Assembly: GCA_964357395.1 (NCBI GenBank)
Contig: CAYHLC010000001.1
Location: 55,599 to 119,598 of the forward strand
DNA from: an uncultured Candidatus Saccharibacteria bacterium
GTDB taxonomy: Bacteria > Patescibacteriota > Minisyncoccia > Phycocordibacterales > Phycocordibacteraceae
DNA: 64,000 bases
Direction of reading: 5' to 3'
Positions 49,319-58,741 of the stretch are shown one piece after another. Position 1 is the first letter of the stretch; every line of letters starts with the position of its first letter. The notes beneath the pieces were generated by a model. It did no database searches. It was not told the origin of the DNA and worked only from the letters and a program-made list of their open reading frames with translations. The translations under genes and the position numbers were made by a program.

Positions 49319-50527
49319 GTGCGAATACTGATAGTAGGCAGCAAGGGCAGCGAGCATGCTCTCGCGTGGAAGATTAGTCAGTCGCCACTGGTTACAAAGG
49401 TAGTGGTGACCCCAGGGAACGCCGGGTGGGAGAGCCTCGGCATTGTGGAGGCAGATGAGATCATCGCCTATGCAAAGACGAATGCTGACCTTGTGCTAGT
49501 TCGTGAGGATACGTATCTTGCGAGCGGACTGGTTGATGCGCTTCAGGACGCCGGGTTACTGGTTTTTGGTCCTACAAAAGCTGCCGCAAAGATCGAGTGG
49601 TCCAAGGGATACGCAAAGGAGGTAATGCTTGCTGCTGGCATTAGAACTGCACGCTCGCGAAGCTTTTCTAACCAAGGCGATGCGGTCGCCTATATAGAGG
49701 GGCAAGAACACCCACTTGTCATAAAAGCCGACGGGCTCGTCGCAGGGAAGGGGGTGGTGATATCGCAATCCGTTGCTGAGTCAGAGGCGGCACTGCATAC
49801 GCTCGGCATGCCGGTAGTTATTGAAGAGTACATGCAAGGCAGAGAGATATCGGTGCACGCGCTCTGCGATGGCGAGCGGGCTATACTCTTCCCGCCGTCC
49901 CAGGACCACAAGCGCGCGTATGACAATAATGAGGGTCCTAACACTGGAGGAATGGGCACTATTGCTCCTGTCCCGGGCGTTACTGCGGAGGACATGCGGC
50001 GTATCGAACAAGAGGTAGTACGTTCGCTCCTTGCTGAGCTCAGACGTCGAGGCACTCCATTTAAGGGGATTCTGTTTCCGGGCATTATGCTCACTGCGGA
50101 GGGTCCAAAGGTGATCGAGTTCAATGCACGTTTCGGCGACCCAGAGACGCAGTCGTACATGCGACTCTTACAGTCTGACTTGATCCCAGCACTTATTGCT
50201 GTAGCGCAGGGCGATATCTCCGACGTGAGACTAGAGTGGCGGCAGGGCAGCGCGGCAACAGTGATCCTCGCGTCTGGCGGCTACCCAGGCGACTACCAAA
50301 AAGGATTGCCAGTTACGCTTCCAGAACCGCCTGCCGATGTTATCGTTTTTCATTCAGGTACGGCACTTCGCGACGGTCAGCTAGTGACGGCCGGAGGCAG
50401 AGTGCTTGGGGTCTCAGCAACAGGCGCAGATTTGGATGAGGCACTAGGCAATGCCTATAGTGCAGCCTCGCAAATACACTTTGACGGGATGCACTTTAGG
50501 CGTGATATTGGTGCTTATGGAGGCTGA
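49319..50527 (+). CDS. purD: Phosphoribosylamine-glycine ligase
   Basis: EHALAW, QDHKR, GPNTGGMG, EFNARFGDPE, GGRVL. Confidence 0.96.
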   Translation: MRILIVGSKGSEHALAWKISQSPLVTKVVVTPGNAGWESLGIVEADEIIAYAKTNADLVLVREDTYLASGLVDALQDAGLLVFGPTKAAAKIEWSKGYAKEVMLAAGIRTARSRSFSNQGDAVAYIEGQEHPLVIKADGLVAGKGVVISQSVAESEAALHTLGMPVVIEEYMQGREISVHALCDGERAILFPPSQDHKRAYDNNEGPNTGGMGTIAPVPGVTAEDMRRIEQEVVRSLLAELRRRGTPFKGILFPGIMLTAEGPKVIEFNARFGDPETQSYMRLLQSDLIPALIAVAQGDISDVRLEWRQGSAATVILASGGYPGDYQKGLPVTLPEPPADVIVFHSGTALRDGQLVTAGGRVLGVSATGADLDEALGNAYSAASQIHFDGMHFRRDIGAYGG

Positions 50528-50846
50528 TGAGTTTCAGAAACTGGTGGCGGAGGCGATCGACAAGGTCCCCGCTAAGTTTGTGGGGAGGATACAGAACCTC
50601 GCATTCCTCATCGAAGAGGGGACAGCGGATGGCGAAATCTTGGGCCTCTACCAGGAGGCAGGAGATATGCCCCACACAATAACCCTCTACCGCCTCCCAA
50701 TTCTCGAAGAGGCGACCCACTCAGGCCTACCGGTGGCTGTGGTCGTGCAGGAGACAGTCTGGCACGAGATCGCACACTACTTTGGCATGGACGAACAGGG
50801 TGTGCACACCAGGGAGGAGGAGGGCACAAACCGCTTCGCGGAATAG
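50517..50846 (+). CDS. Zincin-like metallopeptidase (DUF1025-like)
   Basis: LGLY, ITLYRLPI, HEIAHYFG. Confidence 0.85.
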   Translation: MEADEFQKLVAEAIDKVPAKFVGRIQNLAFLIEEGTADGEILGLYQEAGDMPHTITLYRLPILEEATHSGLPVAVVVQETVWHEIAHYFGMDEQGVHTREEEGTNRFAE

Positions 50847-50849
50847 GGC

Positions 50850-50918
50850 TATACCCCATGAGATAGACAGGTACGTTTATCGCTACACAGTCGAGTGCGA
50901 TATCTCACGGGGTATACT
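50850..50918. repeat. Inverted-repeat element (16-bp arms) ending in a -10 box
   Basis: tataccccatgagata ... tatctcacggggtata(ct); related to 60594-60630 and 23821-23833. Confidence 0.8.
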
Positions 50919-50924
50919 GTCCGT

Positions 50925-51317
50925 ATGGCAGCAGACAAGCGGGTATTGTATATCGAGGACGAAAAGTTTTTTGCTACCACGGTTGATAAGGTCCTTACTC
51001 AAGCCGGCTACTCGGTCCAGCTCTCCGCAGACGGTGAGGCTGGGGTCAAAGTGGCTCGCGAATGGAAGCCAGATTTGATACTCCTAGACCTCCTCCTCCC
51101 TAAGATTGATGGCTTTGAGGTACTGAAGCAGTTGAAGGCAGACCTCTCGACGAAGCCCATTCCGGTAGTTGTGCTCTCGAATCTGAACTCGGAGGCAGAC
51201 GTCAAGAAAGCTACCGACCTTGGTGCCAAAAACTTTTTTGTTAAGGCGCTTACGATGCCTGCTAATATCCTTGCACTAGTAAAGGATGTGATTGGCCCCC
51301 CACCGTCTACTGGCTAA
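50925..51317 (+). CDS. Single-domain response regulator
   Basis: YIEDE, LLDLLLPKIDG, LSN, FVKA. Confidence 0.92.
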   Translation: MAADKRVLYIEDEKFFATTVDKVLTQAGYSVQLSADGEAGVKVAREWKPDLILLDLLLPKIDGFEVLKQLKADLSTKPIPVVVLSNLNSEADVKKATDLGAKNFFVKALTMPANILALVKDVIGPPPSTG

Positions 51318-51320
51318 GTC

Positions 51321-52889
51321 ATGTTTGGCCTATCTGACCAGCTACTAATCACGCTTGGGGGTAATATACTCTCGATCGGCATCATCCTCGTTGGAGGGCT
51401 CTTTGTGCTCTTCAACAATATCCGTGGGCGGACCAACCAGCTCTTCGCATTCCTCATGTTTTCCTGCATGTTGTACGAGGTCTTCTTCGTCGTCGCTGCT
51501 TTGCAGACGGAGTATTTCGCAGCATATTTCTGGTGGTTCCTGAACATCTTTGACGTACTGATCACCATGTCTGTGGTGCACTTCATCTTTCATATCATTA
51601 AGAAGGAGCGCAAGTGGTCGTGGTATATCATCCTGACATACATCCTTGGTATTGCAATCTTTGCGTACGCGTGGCTCGACCCTGCGGCGTTCCTCCCAAC
51701 GGTAGTGCCGAAGATGTACTTCTTCTACTTCCTCGAGGCAGGATGGTGGTACACCGTGATGCTGGTATATTTCCTCGCACTGCCACTCGTCCCATTCGTA
51801 GTCCTACTCGTTACCTACTGGAACTCAGGAGGGGTAGAGGGCAAGCGACTCGAATACATCATTTTGATGTTGCTCATTGGGTATGCCATTGGATGCTTGA
51901 ACTTCCTCCTCGTGTACAACATCCCTATCGACCCGGTGTTCGGGATGTTCTTCGGGTTTTACTTCATACCGATTGCGTACGGCATATTTGCTACCAACCT
52001 TATGGACATTAGACTCGTGCTGCGCAGGGCCGTGGTGTACGGCATCACGATCGGTGCTGTTGCGGCATTCCTCACCGCCCTCATTCTCCTCAATGACTTC
52101 ATCATCCGAACTTTGCCGTGGCTCGGGTTCTGGACGGTGCCACTCGGTGTTGCCGTTGTGTCGGTAGTTATTACTCGTACGGTGTGGGCACAGTCTAAGG
52201 ACACAGACAGACTAAAGTATGAGTTCATTACGATTGCGGCGCACAAGCTCCGCACTCCGCTCACTCGTATCCGCTGGGAGATTCCGGGCCTCTTGGATCG
52301 AGTAGGGGAGAACAAGGTGGTGCGTGAAGGACTCGTGCGTATCGATGTTGCAAACAATCGACTCATCGAACTCACTAACATACTTATGGAGGCAGCACAC
52401 ACAGAGGACACTGCGTACAGCTATCGGAAGGATCCAGTGGACCTAGCTCAGGCGATCAAAAACGCATTGGCCCGCTTTGAGTCACAGATCAAGGAGAAGA
52501 GCATATCCTCTGTCGTGCAGGTCGACCCAAGTATCAAAAAGATGCCGCTCGGAGATCCGGGACGAGTGAGCTCGGTAGTCGACGTGATGATAGAGAACGC
52601 AGTGGTGTACACCCCACAGGGGGGGTCGATACGGGTCGCACTTGGGGAGGAGCGCCGTGGCATCAAGTTTTCTGTCTCTGACACTGGTATTGGCGTTAAT
52701 CCCGAGGATCGGGAGAGGATCTTTTCCTCCTTCTTCCGTACCGACAGAGCCAAGACTGCCGATACTGAGGGCGTGGGTATCGGCCTTGCGATCGCCAAGA
52801 GCATTGTGGAGAAGCATAACGGCCACATCGGTGTCGACTCGGAGGGTGAGGGCAAGGGCTCGACCTTCTGGTTTACGCTCCCCGTTTAG
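51321..52889 (+). CDS. Multi-TM sensor histidine kinase
   Basis: Multi-TM N-terminus, AAHKLRTPLT, ENAVVY, DTGIG, GIGLAI. Confidence 0.93.
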   Translation: MFGLSDQLLITLGGNILSIGIILVGGLFVLFNNIRGRTNQLFAFLMFSCMLYEVFFVVAALQTEYFAAYFWWFLNIFDVLITMSVVHFIFHIIKKERKWSWYIILTYILGIAIFAYAWLDPAAFLPTVVPKMYFFYFLEAGWWYTVMLVYFLALPLVPFVVLLVTYWNSGGVEGKRLEYIILMLLIGYAIGCLNFLLVYNIPIDPVFGMFFGFYFIPIAYGIFATNLMDIRLVLRRAVVYGITIGAVAAFLTALILLNDFIIRTLPWLGFWTVPLGVAVVSVVITRTVWAQSKDTDRLKYEFITIAAHKLRTPLTRIRWEIPGLLDRVGENKVVREGLVRIDVANNRLIELTNILMEAAHTEDTAYSYRKDPVDLAQAIKNALARFESQIKEKSISSVVQVDPSIKKMPLGDPGRVSSVVDVMIENAVVYTPQGGSIRVALGEERRGIKFSVSDTGIGVNPEDRERIFSSFFRTDRAKTADTEGVGIGLAIAKSIVEKHNGHIGVDSEGEGKGSTFWFTLPV

Positions 52890-53269
52890 GCGTGCACTGT
52901 CCGTTCCTGTCTCGTAGGCCACAGGCCATACGTAAGAAGTACTGTCGATACTGTCATTGCGACAGCGGCTTCCTTAACGCGCGTTATGCCGATGTTGTAA
53001 CCCGCATTGTAGGCCTTGTAGCACTCATCTGCACTGTCCTCCTGCTCGTAAGGGGTAAGGTCGTACGGACTCACGTCTCCACTTTCGCCGAACAGGAAAG
53101 TATTTAGTACCTGCCTCCCAGTCGCTACGCCATCTTTAAAGCAGTCAGCGTTCTCATCGGAATAGAGCCACTCGCCTAGTATAGGAGCAATAAGGACATA
53201 CAGGGCAGTACCGGCCATACCAATAGCCCCGGTATAGACCATCCAGCGCTTACCAGTATCCTCTCGCAT
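52886..53269 (-). CDS. Hypothetical membrane protein
   Basis: Two TM helices around an acidic loop with two Cys; start uncertain. Confidence 0.6.
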   Translation of the reverse strand: MREDTGKRWMVYTGAIGMAGTALYVLIAPILGEWLYSDENADCFKDGVATGRQVLNTFLFGESGDVSPYDLTPYEQEDSADECYKAYNAGYNIGITRVKEAAVAMTVSTVLLTYGLWPTRQERTVHA

Positions 53270-53369
53270 TAGGGACATTCTGCCCTAACAGCGCTATCGA
53301 TGCAATTGCGCGGCTTTGTGTGTCCTAAAACCAAAAACCCCACCGAAGCAGGGTTTTGGGTAGCCTTCT

Positions 53370-53767
53370 TTAATCTCCACCGTCGGAAGCCGTGTTTGAC
53401 CCTTGAATGAGGTACGCAATACCCGCTACTATCCCCGCCACGCCCACGTACTGTACCCAATCTCCACCTTTCTCATGTGGCAGGTAGTCACCTCCGAATG
53501 CAAGCGCTGCACCGAGCACCGCTACTGCTAGTCCCCAGGCCATCTGCTCGCGACCAAGCGTGACTGCCTCTCCTCTAGTTGCTGCTTTTATAATTCTTAA
53601 TCGTTGCTTGGCAACAGCGCTTCCGTCCCTACGGACGCTGCGACGCTAACTCCGATAAGTGCTGCGAGAGCGTCAAGGCCTAGATCAAGGCCGAATACCT
53701 CTCTAAGTCCTACCCATGCAAGGCCACCACCTATAGTGCCACCCAGGGCTTCGTTTATGTATCTCAT
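53370..53767 (-). pseudogene. Small membrane-protein gene, apparently frameshifted (or two ORFs, 53597-53767 and 53370-53543)
   Basis: Two hydrophobic ORFs in overlapping frames joined by a basic linker. Confidence 0.45.
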
Positions 53768-53844
53768 ACACTTGTCATACTCATCCAGGAGGGTGTTAGG
53801 TTACGGGTCGAAAACGCCTAATTGTCAATAGCAGTGTAAGGCCT

Positions 53845-54756
53845 TCAAAGCCACTTATGGCGGCTAAGGACTATGGCTGCTGCTATGAAAAAGAGTACTA
53901 CGAAGGCGAGGACCCCGTATGCAGCACCTGGGCCCGCAAAGGGGAGTGCCAGGTTCATGCCATAAAACCCGGTCACCATGTTTGGTACAGTCACTATGAT
54001 CGTGAGCGCCGTAAGGAAGCGCATGGTGTTGTTCAGCCGGTGCGTCGCGATCACGCTGTACGCCTCACGAGTGTTCTCCATCGTCTTTAGGGTTGATCGG
54101 CCGAGCTCTACAAGCTCGGCGGTCGCAAGGATCACATCGTTCAAGAGGTCTTGATTTTTTGCTGTGAGCACACCAGACTTACCGTGCGCTAGTTTGCCAA
54201 GCGCAACTCCTTGTGGGATGAGGGCGTCCATAAAATCATTGACGGTGCCCTCGTAGTCAGTAAGCTCGATAATGTGTTCCGAGCGCATCTTCCCGATGAG
54301 CTGTTTGCGACGATTAACGGCGCGCTGAATGTTAATGAGCGAGTGTCTGTAGTGACTGGTAACAGTCTGCAGGATCTTGATAAGGAGGTGCATCGGGTCT
54401 GCAGTGTCGTAGTCGCCGGACTCTGCGAACGCTTTCAAAAATCGTGCTTCATTTGGCGTAATAGTCAGCACCCCACTCTTTGTAACGGCGACGAGGAGTG
54501 GCCACGTACCCGCTTCGTCACTCTCGCCTGCGTAGCGCAGAAAGATATAGGTTGCGTGATGGTCGACCTCAAAGCGGGGCGCCTCATAGAGGTCTAGCGC
54601 GTCGAGCACCAACTCTTCCTTGGCGCCGAGCGTCTTAGCAATCGCGCGGGCCTCACTCGTCTCTGGTGCCTCAAGGTACACCCAGGTGTCCTGATGGTCG
54701 ATGGGGCACGTTAGAGTGAGCGACTCCTCACCCGATTTGCAATATGTCTGCATCAT
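53845..54756 (-). CDS. corA: CorA-family magnesium transporter
   Basis: LNNTMRFLT, GFYGMN, two C-terminal TM helices. Confidence 0.92.
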   Translation of the reverse strand: MMQTYCKSGEESLTLTCPIDHQDTWVYLEAPETSEARAIAKTLGAKEELVLDALDLYEAPRFEVDHHATYIFLRYAGESDEAGTWPLLVAVTKSGVLTITPNEARFLKAFAESGDYDTADPMHLLIKILQTVTSHYRHSLINIQRAVNRRKQLIGKMRSEHIIELTDYEGTVNDFMDALIPQGVALGKLAHGKSGVLTAKNQDLLNDVILATAELVELGRSTLKTMENTREAYSVIATHRLNNTMRFLTALTIIVTVPNMVTGFYGMNLALPFAGPGAAYGVLAFVVLFFIAAAIVLSRHKWL

Positions 54757-54765
54757 ATCCTTCGT

Positions 54766-55308
54766 CTATGATACCTGGTTTTTGAGGAGGGCGGCGAACT
54801 CCTTTTGGACCTTCTCTAGCTTCGGGTTGATGACGAGGGCGCAGTACTGGCTCCCCGCGTTTCGGGCGAAGTAGTCTTGGTGATAGTTCTCCGCCTCATA
54901 GAACTCGGTAAGTGGTTCGAGTTCGGTAACTATAGGCGCACCATCCGCGTTTGATGCATTGGCATCTGCAATAAACTTTGCTGCCTCGGCCTTCTGCTCT
55001 GGGGTTGTGTAAAAGATGACCGAGCGGTATTGCGTACCGATGTCAGCGCCCTGCCTATTAACCGTTGTTGGGTCGTGCGAGCCAAAGAAGACGAGGAGGA
55101 GGTCGCGGTACTTCACCATGTTCGGGTCGTACTCTACTTGTACACATTCGGCGTGGTTAGTATCGCCGTTCGAGACTTGGTCGTAGGTAGGGTTAGGAAC
55201 GTTCCCTCCTGCGTAGCCGGGGAGTACGGAGCCGACCCCCTTCATCATCTTAAACACCGCCTCCGTGCACCAGAAGCATCCTCCACCAAAGACTGCTACT
55301 TCGGTCAT
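54766..55308 (-). CDS. msrA: Peptide-methionine (S)-S-oxide reductase
   Basis: GGCFWC, GTQYRS, AENYHQDY. Confidence 0.97.
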   Translation of the reverse strand: MTEVAVFGGGCFWCTEAVFKMMKGVGSVLPGYAGGNVPNPTYDQVSNGDTNHAECVQVEYDPNMVKYRDLLLVFFGSHDPTTVNRQGADIGTQYRSVIFYTTPEQKAEAAKFIADANASNADGAPIVTELEPLTEFYEAENYHQDYFARNAGSQYCALVINPKLEKVQKEFAALLKNQVS

Positions 55309-55784
55309 ACTTGTGCTTGCGGTGGCTGTAGATCAGCGACTGTCTCCTCAGTGTCGCGGGCCTCGGGCGCGCGGGGAGTGGGGACAGCGGAAGTGTCGAG
55401 GTCGAGACACACCGACATAGTGCAGTAGCGCTTGCCGGTTGACTTTACGGGTCCGTCATTAAACACATGTCCCAGGTGTGACTTGCAGCGCGAGCAGCGG
55501 ATCGCAGTTCGGTTCATGCCGTGGCTTGTGTCCTCGACCTCCTCGACTGCGCCAGGAATTGCACTATCAAACGATGGCCAGCCGGTCATCGAGTCGTACT
55601 TCGCAGTACTCTCGAACAGGGCTTGCCCGCATACCTTGCAGGTGAAGGTCCCGTCCGGGGTTTTGGTGAGGTAGCTGCCGGTGTAGGGGATCTCGGTGCC
55701 CTTGTTCCGCAGCACTTCGTACTCCTCGGGGCTCAACTTAGCCTTCAACTCCTCCTCCGTAGGCATTTTGTACTCATCCGTCAT
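55305..55784 (-). CDS. msrB: Peptide-methionine (R)-S-oxide reductase
   Basis: GWPSF, HLGHVFNDGP, RYC, two CxxC. Confidence 0.96.
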   Translation of the reverse strand: MTDEYKMPTEEELKAKLSPEEYEVLRNKGTEIPYTGSYLTKTPDGTFTCKVCGQALFESTAKYDSMTGWPSFDSAIPGAVEEVEDTSHGMNRTAIRCSRCKSHLGHVFNDGPVKSTGKRYCTMSVCLDLDTSAVPTPRAPEARDTEETVADLQPPQAQV

Positions 55785-55801
55785 GGTGGTAGTCTAACAT
55801 A
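55785..55801. promoter_or_regulatory. 17-bp bidirectional leaderless promoter
   Basis: TGgTAGTCT (+) and TGtTAGACT (-) overlap, each 6 nt from an ATG. Confidence 0.7.
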
Positions 55802-56368
55802 ATGCGTATTGGATTAGCAGGAGCGGCGGGGTCGTTTTCGGAGATGGCAGCTATGACCTACGCCAAGGAGGCGGGGGACGCAGCACCTACCTACGAGTAC
55901 CTCACACACCCGAGCAATGTCCTGGACGCTCTCGATGCGGGGACCATCGACATAGGTATATTTGCTATCGAGAACTCGACCGGAGGCGTGGTGACCGAGT
56001 ACTTGCCTGCTATAGCCGAACACAAGTTTAGTATCGACAAGATATTCGAGATCCCCGTCGACCATATGCTCCTAGTAAAGAAGGGGACCAACGCCTCGGA
56101 CGTCACCATGATAGTCTCGCAGCGGCAGGCACTCCGCCAGTGCCGTATGTACCTCGCCCGCCAGTGGCCATCGGTAGAGGTCAAGGAGTACGTCGATACC
56201 GCTACTGCTGGTAAGGATTTGAGCGAGGGAGTTTTGCCAGCAACCGCAGCTGTGGTTGCGTCGGCTCGAGCAGGTGAACTGTATGGACTCGAAGCGCTTG
56301 ATCAGAAGATCCAAGACCTAAAGTTTAATTACACCGTATTCATCGCAGCAAAACCTATGTCAAAATAG
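55802..56368 (+). CDS. Prephenate dehydratase domain protein (no ACT domain)
   Basis: GSFSEMAA, IENSTGGVV, QALRQC, IQDLKFNYTVF. Confidence 0.85.
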   Translation: MRIGLAGAAGSFSEMAAMTYAKEAGDAAPTYEYLTHPSNVLDALDAGTIDIGIFAIENSTGGVVTEYLPAIAEHKFSIDKIFEIPVDHMLLVKKGTNASDVTMIVSQRQALRQCRMYLARQWPSVEVKEYVDTATAGKDLSEGVLPATAAVVASARAGELYGLEALDQKIQDLKFNYTVFIAAKPMSK

Positions 56369-56372
56369 GTAA

Positions 56373-57626
56373 GTGGATACGTACGATGTAATTGTTATTG
56401 GCGCTGGACCAGCGGGGCTCAACGCTGCGCGCGATTTGCAGAAGGGCGGCAAGCGGGTCGTAGTTTTGGAAGCGCGTGGTCGGATTGGGGGTAGAGTGCG
56501 GACCGAAAGGGATCGGGGCATTGTTGAGGCGGGCGCCGAGTTTATACACGGGGAGCATGCAGCAACGTGGGAGATGGCCGAGGAACTGAACCTAAAGACT
56601 GTGACCTGGGGTCCCGAGAATGCCGACTCGTATCGCATATTCGGCAAGGGGGGACAGATACGACACGACACCGATGAGTTGTTTAAGCGGTTTGCCAAGA
56701 GCGATGATGATCTGTGGAAGTATGAGGGTCCGGACGTATCACTCGCAGAGTATTTCAGAAAGTTTAGTACCGACGAGGAGGCTGCCTTTTATAAACTGCG
56801 CGAGATCGCAGACATTGAGACGGCTGACCCGGGGCTACTCTCGGTGCGGAGCATTATCAACGAGGAGCGGCTCGCCACAAATGGTGCACGTAACTTCTGG
56901 ATCACTGACGGGTACTCGACTTTGATGGAGGGCTTTGCGCGTGGGCTTGATATCAAGTTGCGTCACCGCGTCGTGCGTGTTCGGTGGAAAAAGGATTTTG
57001 TCGAGCTTGAGTGTGAGAATGGTGCGCATATCAACGCGGCGCGCCTTGTTATGACGATGCCGATCGGGGTTATGAAGCGCTGCCCACCCGAATTCCTACC
57101 CCTCCTTCCCACTGCGTTTGAGGCTGGCGTACGCGCGATTGGCTTTGGAAATGCAACCAAAATGACGTTCTGGGTGGACGGGCCGATACCGGATTTTCGC
57201 GCCCTTGATACTGCTGGCCTCGTCGGCCATTGGTGGCAACGTCGCTTCGGACCAGAAAACGTTATTGTCGGCTTTAGTGGCGGGACACGTGCAGACCAGC
57301 TTACGCGCATGGGTGAAAAGGAAGCGATATCCGTAGGTATTGCTGAACTCGCCGATGGTCTTGGGAGTGCGATCAAACATATGATAATGCACGCATGCCA
57401 CTTTACCTGGAGTGATGATCCGTACGCATACGGCTCATACTCATTCCCGACCGTCGGTATGGAGGATACCCGGGACATACTTGCTCGGCCGATCGAGGAT
57501 ACGCTCTACTACTGTGGCGAGGCAACCAATACGCGTGGCCACCCCGGCACGGTGCACGGATCTATCGAGGAAGGGAAGCGGGTTGCGCGCGATATTTTGG
57601 CTCTCGGAGACGTGGGGGTACAATAG
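56373..57626 (+). CDS. Flavin monoamine oxidase family protein
   Basis: GAGPAG, EARGRIGGR, GAEFIHG, YGSYS, GEAT, TVHG. Confidence 0.92.
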   Translation: MDTYDVIVIGAGPAGLNAARDLQKGGKRVVVLEARGRIGGRVRTERDRGIVEAGAEFIHGEHAATWEMAEELNLKTVTWGPENADSYRIFGKGGQIRHDTDELFKRFAKSDDDLWKYEGPDVSLAEYFRKFSTDEEAAFYKLREIADIETADPGLLSVRSIINEERLATNGARNFWITDGYSTLMEGFARGLDIKLRHRVVRVRWKKDFVELECENGAHINAARLVMTMPIGVMKRCPPEFLPLLPTAFEAGVRAIGFGNATKMTFWVDGPIPDFRALDTAGLVGHWWQRRFGPENVIVGFSGGTRADQLTRMGEKEAISVGIAELADGLGSAIKHMIMHACHFTWSDDPYAYGSYSFPTVGMEDTRDILARPIEDTLYYCGEATNTRGHPGTVHGSIEEGKRVARDILALGDVGVQ

Positions 57627-57630
57627 CAGC

Positions 57631-58095
57631 ATGAGAAAGGTGGGACAGAAGGCCCCGAACTTCAGCCTGCCTGATCAGGATGGCATTACGCACACCCAAG
57701 ACGAGTACAAAGGGGGGTGGCTCCTCATCTACTTCTACCCCAAGGACGACACGCCGGGCTGCACCAAGGAGTCGTGCCAGCTGCGTGACACCTTTCCCTC
57801 GTTCGAAAAGCTGAACGCAAAGGTCATCGGAGTCTCGGCCGATACAGTTCAGAGTCACAAGAAGTTTGCTGATAAGTACAAGCTCCCGTTTACACTCCTT
57901 GCTGACACGGATAAAGAACTGATAGGCGCCTACGGTGTGTGGCAGGAAAAGAAGTTCATGGGGCGCACCTATTTTGGTATCGTCCGCTCGTCATTCCTTA
58001 TTAGCCCCGAAGGCAAGATCGCAAAGATATATGAAAAAGTCATTCCAGAAAAGCACGCCGAACAAGTCCTCGCCGACCTCGCCTCCTTCGCATAA
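57631..58095 (+). CDS. bcp: Thioredoxin-dependent peroxiredoxin Bcp
   Basis: YFYPKDDTPGCTKESC. Confidence 0.95.
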   Translation: MRKVGQKAPNFSLPDQDGITHTQDEYKGGWLLIYFYPKDDTPGCTKESCQLRDTFPSFEKLNAKVIGVSADTVQSHKKFADKYKLPFTLLADTDKELIGAYGVWQEKKFMGRTYFGIVRSSFLISPEGKIAKIYEKVIPEKHAEQVLADLASFA

Positions 58096-58741
58096 AGCTC
58101 CGGGTGGCCAAAGAAAGCTTTTGGCGCGTAAGATAGTTGCGCATCTGAAGAAGGCGTACCCGGCGCCGAAGACGGAGCTCTTGTACGAAACACACTTCCA
58201 ATTAGTGGTAGCAGTCATACTCTCTGCGCAGTGCACCGATAAGGTGGTCAATCGAGTGACGCACACGTTGTTTCAGAAGTATAAGCACCCACGCGACTTT
58301 GCCACAGCGAGGCACTCAGCTTTCGAGCAGGAGATCTCATCAATCACGTTTTATCGCAACAAGACCAAGCACATCATTGAGGCTGCTAAGCGCTTCAGCG
58401 GCCTTAGCTTTGACGAGCTCGTCGCCTTGCCTGGAGTGGGGTACAAGACCGCACACGTCATCCGGGGCGAGCTCCTCGGCGAGTATGACGGCATACCCAC
58501 GGACACTCATGTAAAGCGCTTTGCTCGTCGATTCGGCCTCACGAAGCATACGGACTTAAAGAAGATCTCCAAGGACCTAGAGGCCCTGGTGCCCAAGCGC
58601 GACTGGAAGTATGTTAATAATGGCCTCGTACTCTATGGTAGATACACCTGCCCCGCGCGTGCCCACGACTGCCGTCAGCATGCGCTTACGCGCATTACGA
58701 AGATCGGCGCTGGCCCACTACAAAAAGTTCGGAAGGCATAG
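58031..58741 (+). CDS. nth: Endonuclease III-like HhH-GPD glycosylase
   Basis: ILSAQCTD, LPGVGYKTA, DTHVKR; start uncertain. Confidence 0.9.
   Translation: MKKSFQKSTPNKSSPTSPPSHKAPGGQRKLLARKIVAHLKKAYPAPKTELLYETHFQLVVAVILSAQCTDKVVNRVTHTLFQKYKHPRDFATARHSAFEQEISSITFYRNKTKHIIEAAKRFSGLSFDELVALPGVGYKTAHVIRGELLGEYDGIPTDTHVKRFARRFGLTKHTDLKKISKDLEALVPKRDWKYVNNGLVLYGRYTCPARAHDCRQHALTRITKIGAGPLQKVRKA

Noticed and set aside
58078-58112. cctccttcgcataaagctccgggtggc as another palindromic repeat at the bcp/nth junction
   Set aside because: Weak pairing and only one copy in the window; cannot be supported.
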